Shown piece after piece: positions 56,497 through 64,000 of a DNA stretch of 64,000 bases. This DNA is from an uncultured Bacteroidia bacterium (lineage in GTDB: Bacteria > Bacteroidota > Bacteroidia > Bacteroidales > UBA932), in assembly GCA_902790635.1 (NCBI GenBank), contig CADASN010000001.1, positions 140,515-204,514 on the forward strand, read 5' to 3'. The stretch's first letter is position 1; every line of letters starts with the position of its first letter. The notes under the pieces were generated by a model. It did no database searches, was not told the DNA's origin, and worked only from the letters and a program-made list of their open reading frames with translations. The position numbers and the translations under genes are program-made.

Positions 56497-57978
56497 ATGA
56501 AGAAGCTGTTTTTCTCTCTCGGATGCCTTGCACTGCTCTGCGCTGCAGGCTGCTCCGCGCCCGGCCCGCAGGAGCCGCAGCGCCCCCGCGTCATCGTGAC
56601 GACGGACGGAGAGATCGACGATGAATGCTCCCTGGTCCGCTTCCTGCTCTATTGCAACGAGTGGGATGTGGAAGCCATCATTACGAGCAGTTCCCAGTAT
56701 CACTGGCGCGGCCACAGGTGGGCCGGAGATGACTGGATGGACACCGTAATGGGTGCTTATGCGCAAGTGTACCCCAATCTTGTGAAGCACGATGCGCGTT
56801 ATCCCTCGCCGGATTTCCTGCGCGGGCGCAGTTTCCTGGGCAACGTAGATGCGGAAGGGGAGATGGAGCAGGTCTCGCCGGGCTCGCAGCGCATCGTGGA
56901 GGTGTTGCTGGACCGCAGCGACCCGCGTCCGGTCTGGATCCAGGCATGGGGTGGAGTCAACACACTCGCCCGCGCCCTGAAAACCATCGAGGAGGAGCAT
57001 CCCGAGCGGATGCAGGAAGTGGCGGACCGACTCCGCCTGTTCAACATCTGGGAACAGGATTCCACCTACCAGAGCTATATCCGGCCCCATTGGGAGAAAT
57101 ATGGCATTCTGGTCATCATCAGCGACCAGTTCGAGGCCATTGCCTACCGTTGGCATACGGCCCAGCCGAAGGCGAACTGGCCCTGGCTGGAAAGCGCATG
57201 GATGAAGAAGTGGATCCTCGGCGTGGGTCCGCTCGGAGCCACCTACCGGGCCTGTCTGGACGGAGAATGGTTCAATCCTACAAACGTTTCCGGCGTCCGG
57301 CAGACCGACGCTTCCTTCCCTGTCGTAGCAGGGGATTTTCGCTCGGAAGGGGATTCGCCTTCCTATATGTATGTCATCCCGACCGGGATGAACGATCCGG
57401 AGCATCCCGACTGGGGCAGCTGGGGCGGACGCTATACGCGTGTCCGCGCAAACGTGTGGATGGATCCCGTGCCGGACAGCACCTGGATGTATCCGGAAGG
57501 CCGCATCTCCAGTGCCAACACCTGGGGACGGCTGACGCTGAAAGGGGAGATCCCGGCTACGGACGAGCAGGTGGCGGAATATTTCCGGCCGATGGCCCGT
57601 TGGACGCAGGCATTCCAGAATGATTTCGCCGCCCGGATGAGCTGGACCGTCCTGTCTCCGAAGGAGGCGAACCACCAGCCGGTTGTTCGCTTGGAGGCAC
57701 CGTCTTTCCTGACGGTAAAAGCGGGGGAGAGCGTCACCGTCCGCGTGGCGGCGACAGACCCGGACGGCGATGCGCTTACGCTTCGCTGGTGGCAGTACAC
57801 GGAAGCCGGAACCTGTCCGCTGGCCGCGGAAATCCTCGCTTCCGGACAGGCGGAGACGCGCATCACCGTGCCTGCCGGCGCCGCGCCCGGTGAGACCCTG
57901 CATTTCATCTGTGAAGTCACGGACGACGGAGAACCCGCCCTGACCCGTTATGCAAGGACGGTTTTTACGGTCGAATAA
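56497..57978 (+). CDS. DUF1593 nucleoside hydrolase-like lipoprotein with C-terminal Ig-like domain
   Basis: AAGC lipobox, RVIVTTDGEIDDECSLVRFLLY, WGGVNTLA, EGDSPS, GSWGGRY, QNDFAARM.W, DPDGD. Confidence 0.87.
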   Translation: MKKLFFSLGCLALLCAAGCSAPGPQEPQRPRVIVTTDGEIDDECSLVRFLLYCNEWDVEAIITSSSQYHWRGHRWAGDDWMDTVMGAYAQVYPNLVKHDARYPSPDFLRGRSFLGNVDAEGEMEQVSPGSQRIVEVLLDRSDPRPVWIQAWGGVNTLARALKTIEEEHPERMQEVADRLRLFNIWEQDSTYQSYIRPHWEKYGILVIISDQFEAIAYRWHTAQPKANWPWLESAWMKKWILGVGPLGATYRACLDGEWFNPTNVSGVRQTDASFPVVAGDFRSEGDSPSYMYVIPTGMNDPEHPDWGSWGGRYTRVRANVWMDPVPDSTWMYPEGRISSANTWGRLTLKGEIPATDEQVAEYFRPMARWTQAFQNDFAARMSWTVLSPKEANHQPVVRLEAPSFLTVKAGESVTVRVAATDPDGDALTLRWWQYTEAGTCPLAAEILASGQAETRITVPAGAAPGETLHFICEVTDDGEPALTRYARTVFTVE

Positions 57979-58096
57979 TGAATCGATTCGTTGCATCTGC
58001 CTATTCCTTTGATGCGCAGATACATATTTCTCTCTAAAAGCGTAGATTTGTGGCGGATAATCGGCTTTTCTTCTAATTTTTTATTACATTTGGCGT

Positions 58097-59686
58097 ATGT
58101 TAGTCAAGTGTATTATCCTTTTCCTGTTCTTTGCCGTGATGATCGGTGTCGGTATCTATTGCCGACGGACCGCATCTGATGTTCAGGGATTTGTCCTGGG
58201 AGGCCGCAATGTCGGCTCCTGGCTTACGGCTTTCGCGTTCGGTACTTCTTATTTCTCTGCGGTCATCTTCGTGGGATACGCCGGCCAGTTCGGCTGGAAG
58301 TATGGCCTGGCCGCCACCTGGATCGGCATCGGCAATGCCCTCATCGGCTCCTTGCTTGCATGGAGGATCCTGGGCCGGCGGACGCGGCTCATGACGCAGC
58401 ATCTTCAGAGTGCCACGATGCCCGACTTCTTCGGGAAACGTTTCTTCAGCGATGCGCTCAAAGTGGCGGCTTCCGTCATTGTATTCATATTCCTGATTCC
58501 CTATACCGCTTCGCTTTATAACGGCTTGTCACGTCTGTTCAGCATGGCGTTCAATGTCGATTATGTCTGGTGTGTGCTGGGCATGGCCGTCCTTACGGGC
58601 ATCTATGTGCTGGTAGGCGGCTACATGGCGACGGCCGTGAATGATTTCATCCAGGGATTGATCATGCTGGTGGGCATTGTCGCCGTGATCGCGTCGGTAC
58701 TCAGCGGCAACGGGGGATTCAGTGCGGCGGTGGAGAGTCTTTCGCAGATCCCGTCCGAGTCCGCTCCGGCCCTGAATGGCGCATTTGTCTCTTTCCTGGG
58801 GCCGCAGCCCATCTATTTGCTGGGTGTCGTCCTGCTGACTTCCCTCGGAACCTGGGGCCTGCCGCAGATGGTCGGAAAGTTCTACGCCATCCGCAACGAG
58901 GCGGCCATCCGCAAGGGCACATTCATCTCCACCTTCTTTGCGATCATCGTGGCGGGAGGATGTTATTTCCTGGGCGGCTTCGGCCGGCTGTACGGCCCGA
59001 GCATCGAGTACACGGCGGCCGGCACTCCGGTTTACGACAGCATCGTCCCCTCCATGCTGGCCACCCTTCCGGACCTGATGATCGGCGTCGTGATCATCCT
59101 GGTGCTCTCGGCGTCCATGTCGACCCTGTCTTCGCTGGTGCTTACTTCCGGATCCACGCTGACGCTGGACATCATCGACCCGGCGCTGGCCAAGGCCCGC
59201 AAAGGGATGCATTTGAACGATCGCAGCCAGCTGCTATGCATCCGCCTGCTCGTGCTTTTCTTCATTATCGTATCGTCGGTGCTTGCCATTGTCCAGGCCA
59301 AGAGTTCCGTGACATTCATCGCACAGCTCATGGGTATCTCCTGGGGTGCACTGGCCGGGGCTTTCCTGGCACCGTTCCTGTATGGACTTTATTGGAAACG
59401 TACGACGGCGGCATCGGTCTGGGCTTCCTTCATCACGGGCGTGGCCGTCATGTGCGCCTGCATGTACTGCACCTTCACGGGCAAGACTTTCATCAGCCCG
59501 TATTTCACTTCGCCGATCAATGCCGGCGTGCTGGCGATGCTGCTGGGCCTGGTGGTCGTACCCGTGGTCAGCCTCTGCACCCGGATCAAGCGGAAAGAGG
59601 AAGTGGACGCGATGTTCGCCTGCTATGACAGCACCGTGAAGGTCCGCGCGACGGATGCCCTGACAGAGGAAGCGGAGCAGGGCTAG
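58097..59686 (+). CDS. Sodium:solute symporter family protein
   Basis: FVLGGR, GTSYFSAV.FVGYAG, GGYMAT..NDFIQG, WGLPQM, SASMST. Confidence 0.93.
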   Translation: MLVKCIILFLFFAVMIGVGIYCRRTASDVQGFVLGGRNVGSWLTAFAFGTSYFSAVIFVGYAGQFGWKYGLAATWIGIGNALIGSLLAWRILGRRTRLMTQHLQSATMPDFFGKRFFSDALKVAASVIVFIFLIPYTASLYNGLSRLFSMAFNVDYVWCVLGMAVLTGIYVLVGGYMATAVNDFIQGLIMLVGIVAVIASVLSGNGGFSAAVESLSQIPSESAPALNGAFVSFLGPQPIYLLGVVLLTSLGTWGLPQMVGKFYAIRNEAAIRKGTFISTFFAIIVAGGCYFLGGFGRLYGPSIEYTAAGTPVYDSIVPSMLATLPDLMIGVVIILVLSASMSTLSSLVLTSGSTLTLDIIDPALAKARKGMHLNDRSQLLCIRLLVLFFIIVSSVLAIVQAKSSVTFIAQLMGISWGALAGAFLAPFLYGLYWKRTTAASVWASFITGVAVMCACMYCTFTGKTFISPYFTSPINAGVLAMLLGLVVVPVVSLCTRIKRKEEVDAMFACYDSTVKVRATDALTEEAEQG

Positions 59687-60327
59687 AAGACAAAAGTATA
59701 CCCGATACCCAACACGTGACAGGCGGCCATCAGGCCGCCTTTGTCGTAGGTGTGGTACATGTAGAAGAAATCCAGTGAATGGCCTCCTCCGAGGCTGATC
59801 TCCGTACCGGCATAATGCAGGGAACGCACCCATTTCCCGCTGTCGAGGCTGCTGAATATCTCGAACATCAGATAGGGCGTGAAGATGCTGTCCGGGGCTT
59901 TGTATTGCCCGCGGAGCCGGGTCCGGAGCGTATTGCTGAACGTCTTTGCAGCGGGATCGTAGGCGAGTTCGTATTTCTCCCGCAGGGCAAGGGCCAGGCC
60001 GTCGCGCTTGAGGGTTTCGGTCAGGCTCAGGACCGCCTTGTGCTGGACCAGTTCGCCCGCCGCCGGAATACGCCAGTACTCATAGCTCAGGTCGCCCTTG
60101 AACCAACTGTTGAAGTTGTATCCGGCGCCGGCCATGGCAAACCAGCATTCCGTATTGCGGATGCGGTCATAGGAACGATGCTCCAGACGGGCCATGGCGT
60201 AGGGCGCGCCGAAGGATTTGATGAGCTGGATGCTGCTCCAGGTGCCGAGGTCGGAGGTGGTCTGCGCAGAAGCCGATGCGGCGAACAGTGCGAGACCGGT
60301 CAGGATGGAGATAAATACTTTATTCAT
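59683..60327 (-). CDS. DUF2490-like outer-membrane beta-barrel protein
   Basis: Signal peptide, DLGTWSSI, LRTRL, TPYLMFE, terminal HVLGIGYTFVF. Confidence 0.75.
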   Translation of the reverse strand: MNKVFISILTGLALFAASASAQTTSDLGTWSSIQLIKSFGAPYAMARLEHRSYDRIRNTECWFAMAGAGYNFNSWFKGDLSYEYWRIPAAGELVQHKAVLSLTETLKRDGLALALREKYELAYDPAAKTFSNTLRTRLRGQYKAPDSIFTPYLMFEIFSSLDSGKWVRSLHYAGTEISLGGGHSLDFFYMYHTYDKGGLMAACHVLGIGYTFVF

Positions 60328-60390
60328 ACACTACTGTAACTACGGGGACAAAGTTACAAATAGTGATGAGAAAAAAAAGAGTTATCCCGT

Positions 60391-61113
60391 TTATCTGATG
60401 AAATTCATCCCTTCCCAGGGCTCTCCGGCACGTCCCGGTGCGGGCTTTCCGCCGGTGGCCTTGAGCAGCCAGGCCATATTGTTGGCAAGGGTACGCATCG
60501 TCTGGAGCCCTTCGGTGTCCAGGTATGCCTGGCCGGGAGCGGCACCATAGATGATATTCCAGTATTGGGAAGTCACGACCGGCATGTTCATCATCTGGAA
60601 AGGCATGTTCAGTGTCTCGAAGGATGCCGTCGCTCCGCCTCTGCGGCAGACTGCCACGGCGGCAGCCGGTTTGCCGGAAATGCTTGCGCCGTTGGAGTAG
60701 AAAGCCCTTTGGATGATGCTCAGGACGGCGCCGTTCGGCTGGCCATAGTAAACCGGCGCTCCCACGATCAGGGCGTCTGCCGCGGCAAACTTCTCGCTGA
60801 TGCGGTTGCAGATGTCGTCATCGAAAATGCATTTTCCCGGATTCTGGGAGCATCTCCCGCAGGCGATGCAACCCCGGACAGCTTGGTTGCCGATCCAGGC
60901 AATCTCGCTGTCGATGCCGTTCTTTTCCAACTGCTTGGCTATCTCACCCAGTGCGACAGCCGTGTTGCCCGCCTGGTGCGGGCTACCGTTGATCATCAGT
61001 ACTTTCATATTCTTTCCTTTTTCATCTTTTGCCAAAACTTCTGCACCGGTGGCCGACAGCAGGATGCCGCCGGCGGCCAGGGCCGATTTCCCAATGAAAT
61101 CTCTTCTGTCCAT
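60391..61113 (-). CDS. Iron-sulfur flavoprotein / NADPH-dependent FMN reductase family, with twin-arginine signal
   Basis: MDRRDFIGK leader; INGSP, CIACGRC.....KC, GAPVYYG, CRRGG. Confidence 0.88.
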   Translation of the reverse strand: MDRRDFIGKSALAAGGILLSATGAEVLAKDEKGKNMKVLMINGSPHQAGNTAVALGEIAKQLEKNGIDSEIAWIGNQAVRGCIACGRCSQNPGKCIFDDDICNRISEKFAAADALIVGAPVYYGQPNGAVLSIIQRAFYSNGASISGKPAAAVAVCRRGGATASFETLNMPFQMMNMPVVTSQYWNIIYGAAPGQAYLDTEGLQTMRTLANNMAWLLKATGGKPAPGRAGEPWEGMNFIR

Positions 61114-61305
61114 ATAATTCGATTAATTCGATGTTGTCTGGCGCTAATTTAGCGATTAATTCCGAGCTTGTCAATCGAAACGGCGGAAACCCTCTGCTTC
61201 CCGGAGAAGGATGCAAGGATAATCCTAATTTCATCCTATCGCGGTCTAAAACTTCTCGTCTGTTTTGCCGAACTTTGCAGCGCAAACAGTTCGGTATCGT
61301 GTAGC

Positions 61306-61632
61306 ATGAATTTCAATGGTATCATCATCGGCGCAGCCGTATTCCTGAGTATAGGTATTTGTCATCCGCTGGTTATCAAGATGGAATACCGGTGGGGGAA
61401 GCAAAGTTGGTGGATATGGCTCGCGGCCGGTCTGTCCTTTTGCGCAGTCTCCCTGTTCCTTGAGAACGACATTCTGTCCATCATCATCGGAGGCTTTGCC
61501 TTCTGCTGTCTGTGGGGCATCTACGAGATGTTCCTTCAGGAAAAGCGGGTGCTGCGCGGCTGGTTCCCGGAGAATCCGGCGAGGCATGGTTATTACGAGA
61601 GAAGGCGTAAAGAATTGGAGGGCAAGCAATGA
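61306..61632 (+). CDS. DUF4491 family small membrane protein
   Basis: GIIIG..FLSIGICHPLVIKMEY, Q.KRV.RGWFP.NP. Confidence 0.85.
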   Translation: MNFNGIIIGAAVFLSIGICHPLVIKMEYRWGKQSWWIWLAAGLSFCAVSLFLENDILSIIIGGFAFCCLWGIYEMFLQEKRVLRGWFPENPARHGYYERRRKELEGKQ

Positions 61633-61744
61633 AAGGATGGATGCTTGACGACGATTCCGTTCTTGCTTTTTGTGAGAACATGCTATAGAATTCACAGGAG
61701 AAATCCGAAAAAAACAGTAATTTTATAGCCTAAATTGAATCGTG

Positions 61745-64000
61745 ATGAAACAGACCCCTCTCCGCTACTGTGCGTGGCTGTATTTTTACTTCCTGGATGC
61801 CGGCAATACCCAGTATATCCAACTCAATGAGAACGTCAATGGAGTGATTCTCCAGAAGGCCATTGACGAGGCTGTCAAAGTCCATCCCTGGATCAATTTC
61901 GTCCTGGATATCAATGGGGCGGAAATCACTTACAAAGATGCCGGGACGCGATTCAAGGCCGTGGAGATGTACGGTCCGGCCAACATAGGCGGAGCCTTCG
62001 CCGAGGGGCGTATGTTCAGCATCTCTTACATTGAAAACAAAATCTGGATTTCCTATTTCCATGGGCTCACGGACGGAGTGGGCCGCAATCGTTTCTATGA
62101 TACGCTGATGTATTACTACTTCAGCTTCAAGAACGGCAAGGAGTATGATGCCGACGGCATCTGGCTCAATGACGGCACCGTGCGGGAAGGAATGTTCGCC
62201 GACCTGGGAGACCGGAAATATGACGTCACCCCCGGATTCGTCCCGAAAGAGGCTCCCAAGGACGAGGACATTTTCTATATGCCTGAGACGCTGGAGATCG
62301 ATAAATCCCGGAGGGATGATTTCGTCTATGACGGCACCAAGATGACGCGCTATCACCTGGATGTCAAGGGTGCGGAATTCATGGCGTTCTGCAAGGAAAA
62401 CGGACATTCGCCGGCATCGGCTTTCCAGGCCATCATGGCCCGCGTGCTGCAGGAGATGTACCCTGACAACAAGAAACTGTTTACGGCTGCCCTTCCCGTG
62501 AACTGCCGCACCGCCGTCGGTTTGGAAAACACGCATCGCAACGGCTGGACCTTTGCCTTCCAGTCCGTGTCGCCGGAGCAGTTGAGCCAGAACGAGCCGG
62601 AGCTGGGGGCGCAGCTCCGTGCTGAATTGAAGGAACTCATCAGCCCGGACCAGCTCAAAAGCACCCTCAACGCATATAACGCCATCACCGAAGAGGCCGA
62701 AAAATATGCGGACTTCCGGGAACGCATGGCTTTCTATGCCAAGACTTATCCCACCTTCATCGGGACCTACGTATTCAGTTACATCGGCCGCCTGTCCGAC
62801 CACGGCTATCTCAACGAGATCGAGGATGTGTGCTGGACATCAGCTATCCGCCGCATTCCGATGATCACCATGGTCGAGGTCGGAGACGTATTCTCCATTA
62901 CCTTCCTGCAGAACTTCGAGACATCCAAATACGCCGACGCCGTCGCTGCAGCGATGGAAAAGTTGGGTATTCCGGTGACGCTCCTCAAGAAAATGGAAAG
63001 CCGCGGCCACGCCCCCGTGGAATACAAGCGCTATTACGGGATTCCGGAGCCCGTCTTCAACGAGAACGACCCCGACGTTGTGGATTCCTTCGAGAATCGC
63101 ATCAGGATGAAGTCCTTGCTCCGCAAAATCCGTTCGTCCCGGGAGGCCTCCAGCTACATCGAACCGGGCATGACCCTCGGCGTATCCGGCTTTACCCTTT
63201 CCGGCTATCCCAAAAAAGTGGCGAAGGCCCTTTCCATGAAGGCGAAAAAAGGTGAGAAACTGGATCTGACCGTCTATTCCGGCGCATCCCTCGGCGACGA
63301 TTTCGACGGCCTCCTCACGCGCTCCGGCGTCCTCAAGTGCCGCATGCCTTATCAGACCAATGCCGATTTGCGGAACGCGATCAACGAAGGCAAGGTGAAA
63401 TATGTGGATATGCCCCTCAGCCTCATGCCGAAATGGGTACGCAGCGGATACCTGAACCATATCAATGTCGCACTGATCGAGGCCAGCTCCATTGACGAGT
63501 TCGGAAACATCGTTCCCACCACCTCGGTAGGTGCTTCTGAGACTTATGTGGCCTGCGCCGACAAGGTCATCGTGGAGATCAATACCTCCGTGCCTGAAAA
63601 CATCAAGGGCATTCACGACATCTATATTCCGGAGCCCGCTCCCGACACGCAGCCTATTCCCATCACCAAAGTAGGCGACCGTGTAGGGACACCGTTTATT
63701 CCCTGTGACCCGAACAAGATTGTCGCCATCGTGCACAGCGACATCCCGGACTGCGGCATCGCCGATGCTCCGGGGGATGAGGATTTCGACCGCATGAGTG
63801 AGAATCTCATCCGTTTCCTGGAGCAGGAAGTGGCTGCCGGACGGCTCTGCGATCCGTTGCCGCCCATCCAGGCCGGTATCGGCGCTGTCTCCAATGCCGT
63901 TCTCTCCGGACTGCAAAAGTCCCGTTTCGAGCACCTTACGGTTTATTCCGAAGTGATGCAGGATTCTCTCGTGGACCTGATCGAATGCGGTAAGGTAGAT
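61745..64000 (+). CDS. Fusion of an HxxxDG CoA-dependent acyltransferase (condensation/alcohol acetyltransferase-like) with a succinate/acetate CoA-transferase (runs off the right edge, partial)
   Basis: Not in the ORF track; translated by hand with no stop across the junction. FHGLTDG at 62057-62077, PVNCR, FSYIG; then from about 63100 SGFTLSGYPK, GASLG, RMPYQT, PTTSVG, IHDIY, QAGIGAVSNAV, YSEVMQD. Confidence 0.88.
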   Translation, partial: MKQTPLRYCAWLYFYFLDAGNTQYIQLNENVNGVILQKAIDEAVKVHPWINFVLDINGAEITYKDAGTRFKAVEMYGPANIGGAFAEGRMFSISYIENKIWISYFHGLTDGVGRNRFYDTLMYYYFSFKNGKEYDADGIWLNDGTVREGMFADLGDRKYDVTPGFVPKEAPKDEDIFYMPETLEIDKSRRDDFVYDGTKMTRYHLDVKGAEFMAFCKENGHSPASAFQAIMARVLQEMYPDNKKLFTAALPVNCRTAVGLENTHRNGWTFAFQSVSPEQLSQNEPELGAQLRAELKELISPDQLKSTLNAYNAITEEAEKYADFRERMAFYAKTYPTFIGTYVFSYIGRLSDHGYLNEIEDVCWTSAIRRIPMITMVEVGDVFSITFLQNFETSKYADAVAAAMEKLGIPVTLLKKMESRGHAPVEYKRYYGIPEPVFNENDPDVVDSFENRIRMKSLLRKIRSSREASSYIEPGMTLGVSGFTLSGYPKKVAKALSMKAKKGEKLDLTVYSGASLGDDFDGLLTRSGVLKCRMPYQTNADLRNAINEGKVKYVDMPLSLMPKWVRSGYLNHINVALIEASSIDEFGNIVPTTSVGASETYVACADKVIVEINTSVPENIKGIHDIYIPEPAPDTQPIPITKVGDRVGTPFIPCDPNKIVAIVHSDIPDCGIADAPGDEDFDRMSENLIRFLEQEVAAGRLCDPLPPIQAGIGAVSNAVLSGLQKSRFEHLTVYSEVMQDSLVDLIECGKVD

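Noticed and set aside
1-64000. CRISPR array, IS element, prophage or rRNA
   Set aside because: No regularly spaced repeats, transposase/phage motifs or rRNA-like sequence seen; intergenic gaps are nearly all under 250 bp

Overview
GC-rich chromosomal window from a member of the Bacteroidales (inferred from the many TAnnTTTG -7 promoter elements, BlaI/M56-TonB pair, carboxypeptidase-regulatory-domain protein, lipoprotein CAZymes and ior-paaK cluster; probably a gut/rumen lineage). It is densely coding with about 55 CDS, tRNA-Ser(GGA), tRNA-Val(TAC) and tmRNA. Main blocks: blaI/M56-TonB, GT4+esterase, tex, PL10-CE8/porin/GH95, iorAB-paaK-paaK-ACT, Y-family polymerase, GH9, NMT1-like binding protein + Cache-HAMP-PP2C phosphatase, a full glycerol/glycerophosphodiester cluster (glpFK, Omp85-like barrel, glpTQ, glpABC), phosphatases, gpx-ohrR. 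I saw no CRISPR array, transposase, integrase or prophage. Most notable: (1) an ORF missing from the supplied track (61745 to beyond the window end) that fuses an HxxxDG CoA-dependent acyltransferase in frame to a family I CoA-transferase; (2) a perfect 19-bp inverted repeat that duplicates the promoter core of the divergent blaI and GT4 operons and encloses candidate operators (possible invertible switch); (3) an atypical tmRNA tag ending YAC; (4) a Y-family polymerase with no canonical start codon; (5) a POTRA-less Omp85-like barrel inside the glp cluster. All product calls come from motif recognition by eye, not database searches.
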